Assembly: GCA_951406725.2 (NCBI GenBank)
Contig: OX597821.1
Coordinates: 22,444,001 to 22,508,000 of the forward strand
DNA from: Octopus vulgaris
Taxonomy: Eukaryota
DNA length: 64,000 nt
Direction: 5' to 3'
The notes under the pieces were generated by a model, which was given only the letters and a program-made list of their open reading frames with translations, was not told the DNA's origin and made no database searches. Both the position numbers and the translations under genes were made by a program. Within the stretch, counting starts at the first letter, position 1; every line of letters begins with the position of its first letter. Shown here one piece after another: positions 1 through 12,748 of this stretch.

Positions 1-24
1 TATATATATATATATATATACATA

Positions 25-180
25 TATACGACGGGCTTCTTTCAGTTTCCGTCTACCAAATCCACTCACAAGGCTTTGGTCGGCCCGAGGCTATAGTAGA
101 AGACACTTGCCCAAGGTGCCACGCAGTGGGACTGAACCCAGGACCATGTGGTTGGTAAACAAGCTACTTACCACACAGTC
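25..180 (-). mobile_element. SINE family A, 5' half (tRNA-like head plus CORE-like segment), cut by the window edge
   Basis: Near-identical to the head half of full copies at 28553-28947 and 34385-34804. Confidence 0.85.
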
Positions 181-1035
181 AATAAAATATTGTCCAGCGA
201 ACTGCTGGCGGCAAGTTTAAGTTTTTCCTATGCTTTCTCCCTAAATTAGTTAATTTTAAAAGATAAACTTATTTCAGATCCTGTTGAATGGTTTTATACG
301 TGTGGGTGGGGGTTGATAATGTCCTTTATCTTTTCAAGGGTTGATAAAATGTCATAGGTTAGTTTAAGCCTTTTATACCCCATTTCTTCTTTTTTTCAGT
401 TTTTTTTTTTCGTTTGAATTCTCAGCTATATTTTCCAGGAAATGTTTATTCATTTTCCTCTTTTTTTTTTTGTACATTATATACATTTTATTTCCATCTA
501 AAATTCACTCCTTTTAGAACAATTTTCATTTTATAAAATTATGCTGGCAAATTCTTCAATTAACATAAACATTTATTTACTGAAAGAAAATTACCGGAGA
601 ACTCTCTTCCAATTCTCCCAAATCTTTCAGCAAAAACTGTATTGAAACCAGCAAACTAGCACCGACAGCTAGCAAAGCCAAGCTACTCAAGACTGATGAA
701 GAGCAACTAGTCTCTGAATGCTGGCTTTGTTGGGTGGAGGTACTTATCTCCCCTGCTTGAAAACTTGAGGACACAGAACGCTTGTGTCACGTAGCCAACT
801 AGAAACGGTGTTTCTTGGGGCTAGATAGCAGTAGCATTCTTCCCTTTCCTATAGCTGCGACATTAAATTGGCAACAAACCATCAATTTATCGTGCTGCTA
901 CTGCATAACTCTCTGAGAGATTTAGAAATGCAATACTTCTAATTTTGTATTGAAACCATTTGTGGGGAAGAGAGAAAAAAATGCACCAATCGCTTCAACT
1001 GGTCGCACACCACAAGTTTCAACGGAACCTACGGT

Positions 1036-1660
1036 AGCAAGCCAGCACGCACGCAGCATTATCACGGACAATGGCGAGGCCAAGGCGCTGGAAAAGACAA
1101 GTGCCCTCACGGGCATCACCTGTCACCTAGGTGAGGCGAGCTGCCAACGATGACAAGAACTTCGCGGTTAGTAGCCCAGTCCCTCGGAAAGTCTCAAAAG
1201 CCACAGGCTGGGAGAGATAGTTCACTGTCAGGTCCCGATGCTTCAGGATTTTGTTCCGTTCGGATACGAAAGCAATGACCCTTCTATTTACTGCAGCATC
1301 CATGATGTAGGAGGGAGCAAAGGACCCACAGACTGTGGCATTCCAAATGGGGTACCTACCTCTAACCTAGGGACAGAGGGTAAGACCATCAGGTCTTTTT
1401 CCATCACTACTGAATAACTCCGTCGGATCCAGAACTGAGGGAGTATAAATCCGAGCCAGGGCTCGCGTAATGGTTAGGCTTAGCTCGGTGTGACGAGCGA
1501 AGCGGCCAGCATTTGGGCAGCAAGACAGACCGTGAATACCTACGAAATCTAAGGGCCTACCACAGCGACATCTCAGTCCCCTACAGACGTCAGCTTCCAC
1601 TCCGAGTGCGATAGAGATGCGGAGTTCATCAAGACTGAGTAAACCTCTAACGTTGGCCAT
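1036..1660 (-). mobile_element. CRE-clade non-LTR retrotransposon 3' relic (zinc knuckle plus restriction-like endonuclease), with stops and frameshifts
   Basis: Translation gives CRCGRPLDFVGIHGLSC, ARH, GKRPDGLTLCP*, IWNATV, and in a shifted frame TGDAREGTCLFQRLGLAIVRDNAACVL. This is the motif order of CRE-type RLE C-termini. Confidence 0.8.
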
Positions 1661-1871
1661 GTTGATATTAAGAAAGTAAAATTCAAAGGTTGCTTGGCGG
1701 AGATAAACATTCCTTTTTTTAAAAATATTTTTCGTTTCTTTGTAAGTTGATAAAATAAATAAAGTATCAATCAAAAGTGCTCAATAGAGCCGATATAATA
1801 GTTTGTGATTTTCTTACATGAACTTGGACCCCAAAAGAAAAAAACATGTTAAGACGGCGGTCAATAAATAC

Positions 1872-1917
<46 letters not shown>

Positions 1918-2244
1918 GATGGGTCAAAAGCCACGCACCAAAACATGATATTTTATTTATGTTATAATTATTCATTTTGTTCACCAGTTTGTGTATTCAT
2001 CATTATTTTACTCAATTTTAGACAAAAGCAAACAAACTAACAAAAAATGGAGCATGTCTTTGACAGTTCTGATTGAACTTATTTTGTGCATGACTTTTGA
2101 CACTCTTTGTACATTTCTTGGTCTACAGCGTCGTACGAAATTACTGACGAATTTAGTTACATACCGCTGGTGGTCTAAGTTCAAATTTTGTAGTTGACGA
2201 CAGCTGTCATTTTTCCTCCATCGATAATATGAATATCAATCACA

Positions 2245-2961
2245 GGATCTTTTCCTTTTGAACGGCACACAATTTCTAGTTAACTAAACACTTTAAAACT
2301 TCGTATACTGGTAGAACGTGTCAAAATAAAACATTTTTTTCTCTTGGCTTTCTTGATAAAATTATAATTCGTTTGTTTCACGTAGTTTAATTTTTCGAAT
2401 TTTAACCAATGAATCGCCTCTAATTGAGCTAAAATCATTTGCTGCGTCTAAAACTGAGACAACGTCCTGTCACTAACCCTAAACCTCACCCTAACCCTAA
2501 ATTTTTTTTTCTTAATTGTTAAATTAATTTAATTGTTACGCGTGTAAAAAAAAAACGAAAGCAATGGAAAATAATTTAAACAATTAACAAACAAAATAAT
2601 TCTATTGTTAATTGTTTAAATTATTTTCCATTGCTTTCGTTTTTTTTTTACACACGTAACAATTAAATTAATTTAACAATTAATAAAAAAAAAATTAGGG
2701 TTAGGTTTAAGGTTAGTGACAGGATGTTGTCTCAGTTTTAGACGCAGCAAATGATTTTTAGCTCAATGGAGGTAATCGATTGGTTAAAATTGCCGAAATG
2801 CTCGAAATTTCAGACGAAATATCTTACAAACTATAGAATTTTCTCAATAAAACCAAGAGAAAATGATGTTTTATAAACACATTCTACCAGTATACGAAGT
2901 TTAAAACTTTTTAGTTACCTAGAAATTATGTTACAAAGTGCCGTTCAAAAGGAAAAGATCC
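2245..2961. mobile_element. Foldback (palindromic) non-autonomous DNA transposon, Merlin- or MULE-like
   Basis: Termini GGATCTTTT...AAAAGATCC; ~345-bp inverted arms around a spacer of roughly a dozen bp; exact 8-bp TSD CAATCACA at 2237-2244 and 2962-2969; CCCTAA/TTAGGG motifs in each arm. Confidence 0.85.
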
Positions 2962-4635
2962 CAATCACATACTGGAGCCGATATAATAAACTATACTCTA
3001 AGCCCCACAAAAAAAAAAAAAAAAAATCAAGTAACAGGTTTACTACTTGGAAACTATAATCACGTCTATCTTTTCGGTTTGACGCTAGATGCCTTTTTTT
3101 TTTCCTTCTTAAATCGAGCCCAGCCACCGTCCATTGACTGAAACAAGTAAAGGACGTTGATCTTGTTTATGTTTTGGTGTTCGAGTTTCGCCAAGGACAA
3201 CTTTTCTGTTCATAGGGTACTTACGATCCCCACCCCAACCCCGGAATTACCCAGTAGCTATTTACACCTTACATTTATTATTTACAGCGCCGGCTTTGCC
3301 GTGCTACTACTACTACTAGTACTACTACAACTAGATGAATGAATTAATCGACTTTACCAAACTTCGTTGTTATGCTAATTAGACCTACCCGGAATTTATG
3401 CATCTATAAATAACTACAAAATAACTTTCTATTGGATAAGGAAATGAATAATCGATCACTCCTTTCTTTTGCTTATTAACAACCTATCCCTTTATTTTCT
3501 TAGCCTATAGAGAGAGACCAACCCGTTGTCTATTCACATGCTTTCTTTATCATATGAAGAGAGAAACGTATTCCCTTCAGTAGCACGCTGTTATATTTAC
3601 TTTTCATTTTATTTCTATCTTATTTTCCACTCTAACACATTTTGATATTTAAGAAACAATTTGATCATTCTGTAAGTATGTCGTTATTATTTAAAATAAA
3701 ATTTTTATTTTTATTTTTTCGCTGTACATTACTCGTGTGTTGACATCCTGTTCGACTATGGCTTAGGGCCTTCGTCTCATGTTTTGCTATGTGTATGTGT
3801 GCTTTCTTCTCTATATTATATATTGCTCTGAGAGAGAATTCCGCAGACGGAAACTGTTTCGAAGGCCATCTTTATACTTTTTACTGGGGCACAACCTTAG
3901 TCGAACAGATCGATGCCAGTATTTTTTTTTTAAAGTTTGCTACTTATTCTATCGATTACTGTAGCCGAATCGCTAGATTACGGGGATGTGAACAAACCAG
4001 CATGGGTTGTCAAACAGTGGTAGAGGACATAGACACACATATATACATATATATTGTGCGCCTGTGATCAATTAGTGTTGGCTTGTTTACATCCATGTAA
4101 ATTTGCGGTTCGGCAAACATATCCGACAGAATAATTACCAGTCTTGAAAAGAATAAGTACTGGGGATCAATTTGCTCGACTCAACCCTTCGAGCAATTCT
4201 CCGTCCAGCCTGGCCAGGCCACAGCTGCAATGACTGAAACCAGTAAATGAATAATAGAAGTTCATGAGTTGAGCTAAGTTAGTGTGTTGGGGATGGAGGA
4301 GGGATATTGAGGTTTAAGGACGAAATGACCCGTTTGTCTGTAAGACATAAACACTTTATTTCGTTGCCTCCCTTTTTGCCTCTCTTCTCTTATATTTTCA
4401 GTACTACACTGTTGCGTTTTATTCCTTTTTTCTCCACGATATATTTTTTAAATTCTTTTACTTATTCAGTCATCAAACTGCGGCCATGCTGAGGCATCAC
4501 CTTGAATTTTAATTCAATGAATCTAATATATATATATTTAAAGCATGGTACTTATTGTATCTATCTCATTTGCCGCTAATTTAGGAGGCTATAAGCACAC
4601 CAACAGCGGTTGTCAAGCGGTGGACACACATTATA

Positions 4636-4693
<58 letters not shown>

Positions 4694-4939
4694 GACAGCT
4701 TTCTGTCAGTTTCTGCCTACCAAATCCAATCACAAGGCATTGGTCGACCCGAGACCTATTTCCTGTAATTTTGAAAATAAAAAAAAAATAAAAAAAAACT
4801 GGAGAAAGTGCTGCTAAGAATTTTATCCGACTTTCTATTGATTATGATGCAGGCTGCGACGTTTTTAAAAATGTGATTTATGTAGATTAAAATTGTAATA
4901 TATGTAGATCTATGTAATGTGTGATACATGCTTTTTTTT

Positions 4940-5140
4940 TTTCTTTACTGGTTTACTTTAGCTAAAAAGTCTATAACCATAAACTTTGGAGTTTCTCTAA
5001 GGCCAGTGAGATTATTGCGCTGCACATTCCTTAGGGACAGTTGCAAGTCAGTAGCTGCAGGTAAAGACATTTGCGGCGAAGGGATTCCAAAGGACCGTTG
5101 CTCTCGCGTAGAACGACTGGGTTTATGGATCATTGCAGGA
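4940..5140 (-). mobile_element. Possible degraded LINE (L2/CR1-group) 3' end
   Basis: Translation SRSTREQRSFGIP...LPAATDLQLSLRNV resembles LINE ORF2 C-termini and ends in an A-run; weak. Confidence 0.35.
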
Positions 5141-6077
5141 CCTGGTATGTAGGCGGGGCTGGGGGATGAACACAATAATGGTGATAATAAGGATCTGATT
5201 TGGGAATAACTTACATCTTTTCCACAAGTTTCGGAAGTCCTGTGAAGAGTTAAAACCCTGCCTCATCTCCTTACTAAAAGACACACACATCCATACATAC
5301 AGTTCTATAAATAGTGGAATACTAGCCTAGCTAATATATCCAGCATGATAACTTTAATTAACCAAATGAATATTTGTACCTAGGGCTTGGGAGGTAAGGG
5401 GCAAGGGGTGACAACTCATAATCAACGAAAGGCTCTGTTCGAAATGTCAGTCCTCTTTTCTACCTCAGATTAAAGTACATAGTTTATTGTCCTTTCGTCA
5501 ACTGTTTCTATAAAATCTATGGACACAAACCATCACCACTAGTTACCTCGGATGCTACTGTTTCACTTTGGTAGTTTGGTAGATTTTTTTTCAACCTGTT
5601 TTAAACACGCATGAACCACCTTTTATTCCATACACACACACACACACTTATATACTTATTCATTTACACAACTATTTTCTTCTATATACATGTCAAGACT
5701 TCTACCTGCTTCTCTCTCTCTCTTTCTCACACACACTCATTCAAGCACACTTACAAACTCTTAACCCTTCCTATACCAACTACTTAATATAAGTTACCTC
5801 TCACTACATCTCTAGAAGAATATACTTCCTTTCGCCCACTATGTCTCATATATTTACGAACATTTCTTGACACGACCAAATCTTCAAGGTTTCTGCCACC
5901 TCTACTGTCTCTCCTCTTCCCCTTCCTTCTATCTCTTTGTTTCCTTTTCTTTCTGAGATAAAATCTATTCTTGTACCCATATGTGGGATTTTATTACCCC
6001 CACCCCTCCATATTGAGACAATTCAATCAATGAATATTAACCTTCTCCTGCTGTGACTTATCGGTATTCGAAAATAG

Positions 6078-6126
6078 CTTTATTCGTCCCGTCTGTGTGT
6101 AGCCCCTTGTGGGTAGTAAAGAAATA
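6078..6126 (+). mobile_element. 49-bp 3'-tail-only retroposon insertion (SINE family B tail)
   Basis: Sequence ...TAGCCCCTTGTGGGTAGTAAAGAAATA flanked by perfect 15-bp TSD GGTATTCGAAAATAG (6063-6077, 6127-6141). Confidence 0.85.
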
Positions 6127-7337
6127 GGTATTCGAAAATAGTTGGAAATTCCCGCCATAAAGACAAACTGGAGTGGGGCTCACTTAAAAGGCCGTTTTAA
6201 ATATACCTATGCCTGAATTTATTTATCGATTGACATGCGTATAGATATTTTGATTAATAGCTACATTAACTGATTGACAAACAGATTAGACTAATAGCTA
6301 GCTAGAAGATAATGAGTAAATCCCTTCAGGCTTGATATCAATTCCACTAGTCACATGTTAAGATGGAAATGTAGAATTAAGCCCTGTCTACAGTCAACAC
6401 ATACCACACGCACGTATGTTTCTACCGTATATATTGACTAGTCCTAATATTAGGGCTTATAAACCCAACGGAATAATGTCTATCATGTATATGTCAAGAA
6501 CGAGGAAGTGAATTAGGTATTTAAGTGTGAGAGTTGAACTTTTGGTCTAATATAGTTATTTGTTTTATTTTTTTATTTATTACAGAATTAATTTGTGGTT
6601 GAGAGACAGCAGTAGAGTGGAAACTGAGAGGGGGAAGGGCTCTAATACAATACCGTCCGATGGAGTGGGAGATACACACTCGGGTTGGACTAAAAACATA
6701 GCCTCTTCCCTTCTAAAATATCGTTTATTTACTTGAGAGTGGGGAACAAGGAATGGTATGATGGAGGGGGTTTGATGGCTACACACTCACACACACGCGC
6801 ATACATTCAGATAGAAATAAGTTATGGCCTCCTCTTTCATTTCGTGATGTGTATTTTCAACAGGGAAAATATATATATATAAAAGAAAAGTGAGAGGATA
6901 GTGAAATAGAAGCGAGGACAAAAGTTCTCTCCAGTCAATATCTAACATGTTTTCTATTACCTGCATCAAGTGTCTTTCAGATTACAAGTTTATATAGTTT
7001 TCAGTTTAGATGGTAAAAAAGGGACTAAAATTGATGTCTGTAATGAGAAAGGGACTTCCCTCGTCTCCTGTCTCTAGAGTGAGAAGATAAGGAGGAGAAT
7101 TACTAGTGAGAGTAAGAGAGGATAAGCTGATGTATGATAGGGATGATGTGAATAGTGGGGGGGGGGGATGAAGATGTGAGCCCTTTAGTGATGGGATTAG
7201 CGTGAGGAGTGGAGTAAGAAAGTGTGTAATAAAGAGGAGAGAGGGAGGAGAATAGAACTTGCGAGTCGTCCCTCACCTCGATGCTAGGTGTCGCTCTACA
7301 TCTGCAAACTTTTTTATTTCCGCTGTTGTGGCGAGAG

Positions 7338-7505
7338 ATGAGGGTCGGACCTAAGGAGTCGTCACCTTCGAAACTGAGGAATTACCCGTTATCTAGTAGT
7401 AGTGGAGGTAGTATTAGCAGTGGTACTACAGCAACGACTGCTACTACTGGAAATGTACCAGTGAACGTTTACGTCGATGACAATGATGATGACGATGATA
7501 TAATG
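7338..7505 (+). CDS. Candidate first exon of the tetraspanin-like gene (start could be ATG 7281, 7338 or the terminal ATG 7503)
   Basis: Non-repetitive CpG-retaining region with open frame MRVGPKESS...DDNDDDDDIM followed directly by donor GTAAGA at 7506 in phase 0, matching the phase-0 open acceptor at 49643. Confidence 0.5.
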
Positions 7506-7944
7506 GTAAGAGTTCTTTCAAACAAGAAACTTCAGAACATCTGCTTCTTAATTTTTTATAGAACTGTTGCTCTATTCATGTGTTGGTGCTAGTATTATAG
7601 TGGTGTAGTGGCACTAGTCTTTTAATAATGATTTAATGTAGTGTTAGTGATGTAGTATACGCGTGATATATATGGTGCTGATAATGATGTGTAGTGGTAA
7701 TGTTGCGGCGATAGTAGTGATAAGTGTAATAGTGAAGATGTGGTAGTAGTCATGGTGATGTACTAATAAATGATAATATAGTGCCCTGTCGTGTGAGTGG
7801 TTAGTTACAATGGTGGACTGTGAGGTTTTTTGTGATTGTGTTTGTATTATATTGTTCTCTATAGTATAATAATACAGAGATAAGATGGTGGTTGTGGTGG
7901 CAGTTATGCTCGTAGTGTTTATACATATAGGTTATATAGGTTTT

Positions 7945-8095
7945 TGTGTGGTAAGAAGCTTGCTTCCCAACCACATGGTTCCGGGTTCAGTCCCACTGCG
8001 TGGCACCTTGGGCAGGTGTCTTCTATTGTTGCCTCGCTACAGCCAAAGTCTTTTGAGTGGTAAACGGAAACTGAAAAAAGCCCGTCGTATATCTA

Positions 8096-8152
<57 letters not shown>

Positions 8153-8340
8153 CTGTCTGTCTGTCTGTCTGTTTGCCCCCTCCCGTCGCTTGACAACTGA
8201 TGTTGGTATGTTTACATCCCCATAACATAGCGGTTCGGCAAAAGATACCGATGGAATAAGTCCTGGGGTCGAATTGTTCGACTTAAGGCGGTGCTCCAGC
8301 ATGGGCACAGTCAAATGACTGGAACAAGTGATAAAAATAA
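7945..8340 (+). mobile_element. SINE family A copy
   Basis: Head TGTGTGGTAAGAAGCTTGCTTCCCAACC...GGTTCAGTCCC (B box), CORE-like TTGGGCAGGTG, central (TA)n/(TG)n, family tail. Confidence 0.85.
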
Positions 8341-9932
8341 AAAAATATATAGGTTTTATATACATATATATATATATATAATTTTTCTTTTCGCGACCGT
8401 TGACATTGTGACGTGGTGATATACTGAGTGTGTATAATATATATATAGTACCATATATATATATATATTTCAGTGTTGAGAGTTTGTTTTTGTGGCTTAG
8501 TCTCTTGTAGTATAGTTTTTTTTATAAACTGTTGCTTGATACTTTTTATTTGTGTTATAGCAATCGACGCTGGTTTATTAGTAGCGGTGGAGGTTGTAGT
8601 TTTGTTTGCTTCTTGGGACGAAGTCAGAGTTCCTTAAAAAAAAAAAGCGCAGTGTTGGTAGTATAGACATTGTTATGATGATCTTATTGTGTTGATCATG
8701 TTGTAGTTGCAGAGTGGTAACTATTTGTAACGGTGGTGTATGGTGCTTCTGTATGTGATCTGTGTTTGTAATGGTGATAGTTATAATGTTCACAGGCTTG
8801 GCCGAGTGGTTTAAGAAGTTCGCATCGCAGTCGTAAAAGTCCTAGGATACGGCTCCACTGATTAGCATTTAGGCCGACCCAAAGACTTGTGAGTAAAACA
8901 GCTTTGTCATTAGTTAGAATTACATTGTAGATATAAGTCTGTGAAATATTCAGCCACTTACACGTTAATTAAACGAGTAGATAGATAGGTCAGTTGATCG
9001 AACAATTGGAATACTGATTGATCATCGAAACCGATTTAGTTATGATTGTTACTGATAATCAAGGGCAATCTAGCAGCAATGATTATGTTTTGGTATATTT
9101 TAAATTTTCCTTTTATTAAAGTGTGTGAATTACAAGCGTTTCAGAATGTGTAATATAAAATGAAAAATACTGAGATAGAAAATAATTGATTTTATTGGAG
9201 ACAGTTATTCTGGAGGCACGATGAAAGGAGATAGTTAAAAAGTTTGAAAAAGATAAGCTTTCTTAATGCGAATTGCATATTATTTTGATGTTACGAAAAA
9301 TACGGCAAAAAACCCCAAAAAAACTAAGAAATTCGATTTAATTTGTAACAGCTATTTCCAAAATCGTTGTCCAACAGGAGTTGGCTGCTATTTCCAGCAG
9401 ATCAAAAGACTATGTAGAGACCTTCATTGACTCATGTCGCTTCTGCTGCTGTTTTTTCTTTTACCTCTTATTTTTCATTTATGGTTTTATTGTTGTTGTA
9501 CTTGCTGCTGCTGCTGCTGTTATTGGTGTGAACTGTGGCAAAGTGATGTCAACATCCCACATGTGCCAACAACTCTTTGATGTTTTTACACAAAAACATG
9601 CTCATTGTAAATAACTAGTATCTTCATATAATTTCACCGAGTCCCTGGGGCAGGTTTTGAATTCTACCCGACACCGCTATTAATAATTAATTCTTCCTAA
9701 TTTTGGCGCAGGAGCAGCAATTTTAGGAGAGGTTTAAATAGTTAAACATAGACCCCAGTACTTGAGAGGAACTTATTTCATCGTCCCCAAAAGGATGACA
9801 AGCAAGGCCTACCTTCGCGGAATTTGAACCTAAAGAGATAGGAAGAAATAGAAGCTGAGCATCATGTTGGACGCGCTATTAATGATCGTTAATTAACCAA
9901 TAATCAATCATTATTAATTTAATTCCGTTCGA

Positions 9933-10116
9933 TGACGTCACGATGTCTCGACGGTCGCGGAATTAAGCAACTGAAAGTTTAAAATAACAAACAATTAGTA
10001 GAAACGACGAACACCACCACATCCCATTTCTTTAACCTTCTCACCTTACTAACGTCACTCAGGTGTCGAATGTCTATTTATAGAAAAAGCAATTAGTAAG
10101 TAGTTTGCTGACGTCA
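9933..10116. promoter_or_regulatory. Cluster of CRE (CREB/ATF) motifs in putative intron 1
   Basis: TGACGTCA at 9933-9940 and 10109-10116, plus half-site CGTCA at ~10053, in unique sequence. Function not shown. Confidence 0.4.
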
Positions 10117-10324
10117 CTCACTGCATAAAGTATATTTGCATCATTGATACAAAGGGTCTGATTGTGTTTGGGGTTTATAGTGGATGTTGTTCCTAATAAC
10201 AATCACTGTTGTTTGTTCTTTAGAACAAGATCAGTCATTTTCAGAGGTTGAAGATCAGTCGATACATTGTACTTCAGTACTTGACTAGTATATTTTATTA
10301 AGTCCGTAACGATGAATAAAAAGT

Positions 10325-10705
10325 CCTTTCTATTATAGGCATAAGGCCTGAAATTTGGGGAAGGGGAATAGTCGATTACATCGACGCCAGTACTCATCTG
10401 GTACTTAATTTATCGACCCCGAAAAGATGAAAGGCAAAGTCGACCTCGACGGAATTTGAACTCAGAACGTAGCGGCAGACGAAATGCCTATTTCTTTACT
10501 ACCCACAAGGGGCTAAACACAGAGGAGACAAACGGATTAAGTCGATTATATCGACCCCAGTGCATAACTGGTACTTAATTTATCGACCCCGAAAGGATGA
10601 AAGACAAAGTCGACCTCGGCGGAATTTGAACTCAGAACGTAACGGCAGACGAAATACGGCTACGCATTTCACCCGGCGTGCTAACGTTTCTGCCAGCTCG
10701 CCGCC
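10325..10705 (-). mobile_element. Two nested or tandem SINE family B copies (tRNA-like head plus Meta/MESC-like central domain)
   Basis: Head GGCGGCGAGCTGGCAGAAACG...GAGTTCAAATTCC; domain GTCGACTTTGCCTTTCATCCTTTCGGGGTCGATAAATTAAGTACCAG present twice. Domain name is from recall and needs checking. Confidence 0.85.
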
Positions 10706-11339
10706 TGAGTTCGATTATATGAATTACAATGTAATATTAGTAGAAATAACGAGCATAATACAATGTAATAATTAGTTATGGCAATCAATCGGTTTGAGTC
10801 TCAGAAATGCCATTCGCGACAATGGTATTTCTGAGATTCAAAACAATTGATTACCTAGATTATATACTCAGCACTTATTTGTATTTTGTTATGCGCGTTA
10901 TTCCCCGGTCCGTGACAAAATTGTCTTGCATGGTCCATGGTAATAAAAAGGTTGGAGACCGCCTCGACGTTCAAAGGATCGTACCTGACCATGTAATTCT
11001 AACATTGGTACTTGACCACGAATTATAGGAGGTGGATAATAGTCGATTTCATAGTCCTTCAAGCGTTATATGAGACTTAAGTGTTTGTAAACTGACTTGT
11101 TGAGTCTCAGCTCAACTCAGATTTAACGGATCTCTGATTAAACGTATCACAGTCGTTACTATCATTTTATATATCAGAGATTAACTATACTAGTAAATGT
11201 ATCTTTTTTTATAAGAAGGTAGGATGTGGGTTGAGGGTGATTTAGCTACTGTTTATATAGTAGGTCAAGCAACTCAGGTTCTGTTCTTAGCTGTTATTTA
11301 GTATATAATTTTATTGGTTAATATCTAGATCCGCACCCG

Positions 11340-11943
11340 GTGGGAAAAATGGAAACGAAAATGTGTAACAGTTGTAAGGCATCGTATATTGACGGAATAA
11401 GACGGAAAAAAAGCGCGCTGACAAACGGGGTTGGGGGGTGGGGGTGGTGGGGCTCGGGAAATTCCCAGGATCAACCGTAGAGGATCATGGAAAAAAATAT
11501 GTGTAACAGGTGTAAGGCATCGTATATTGAAGGAATATGACGAAAAAAAAGCGCGCTGACAAACGGGGGGGGGGGCTCGGAAAACTGCCTACGATTTAAA
11601 GAAAAATTTACCATCAATTTTCACCATTTTAAACGCATTTCACACACATAGCCCAATGTCATAATTCAAAACTAACGCAGCGAAAATTTTGAAAAGTTCC
11701 CCCAGTTCTGAAAAAAATCGATAAATTCGACATGGGGTCGCGAATCAGAAACACAATGGTGAAAATTGATGGTAAATTTTTCTTTAAATCGTAGGCAATT
11801 TTCCGAGCCCCCCCCCCCCCCCGTTTGTCAGCACGTTTTTTTTTCGTCATATTCCTTCAATATACGATGCCTTACACCTGTTACACATATTTTTTTCCAT
11901 TTTTGCCTCTACGGTTGATCCTGGGAATTTCCCGAGCCCCCAC
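11340..11943. repeat. Inverted repeat (~185-bp arms) enclosing a Helitron internal fragment
   Basis: 11447-11628 is the near-perfect reverse complement of 11755-11943; spacer 11641-11752 matches ~22824-22934. Confidence 0.85.
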
Positions 11944-12708
11944 ACTGAATGGTACACAAAATGTTTAGCAATTAAAATGTGTTCCTTTTCAAAAATAAAC
12001 GCATAGATAATTGTTAACGACTTAAAAAATATTTAATTTATTTAGTTTTCAAATTATCTCCCCTTCTTTCCGAAAGCTGCCAACCATTACCGCTAGGTAG
12101 CTTTTGTTTTTCTTTTTTTTATTGTTTTCCTTTCTCCTTTTGAGAGGGAAATTTCAACTGCATTCACTCCATACTCAAGTTTTGATCGTCCCTTTTCTTC
12201 CTCCAGACAGTGGCCGCCTGCTCACCGATTTTCATTATAAGGTGTAGGTAGAGGCACAGGCATTGCTGTGATAAGACGTTTTCTTCCCAATCACATGGTT
12301 CCGGGTTCAGTCTCACTGCGTGGCATCTTCGGCTATTGTCTTCTACTATATATATATATATATATTCTTGTTTCAGTCATTTGACTGCGGCCATGCTGGA
12401 GCACCGCCTTTAGTCGAGCAACTCGACCTCGGGATTTATTCTTTGTAAGCCCAGTACTTATTCTATCGGTCTCTTTTGCCGAACCGCTAAGTGACGGGGA
12501 CATAAACACACCAGCATCGGTTGTCAAGCAATGCTAGGGGGACAAACACACACGCACTATATCGATAGATATAGGCGTTTTTCGCAAATTGTTTTTTGTT
12601 GAAAAGATTCTCTTGAGTATTTCCAGGGGTACTGCGAAAAAAAATCTGAAAGATTCCCACCAAACAGAGAAATTCCAACTTGTTGGTGCTTCCTAACTCC
12701 GACGTCCA

Positions 12709-12748
<40 letters not shown>

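Noticed and set aside
685-740. Hammerhead-like CTGATGA-AGAG...CTCT-GAAT
   Set aside because: GAAA core reads GAAT and stems I/III cannot be drawn convincingly; an Infernal search with Rfam hammerhead models would settle it.
577-774. 65-aa minus-strand ORF with a hydrophobic stretch
   Set aside because: GTG start, in-frame stop five codons upstream, no recognisable family or acceptor.
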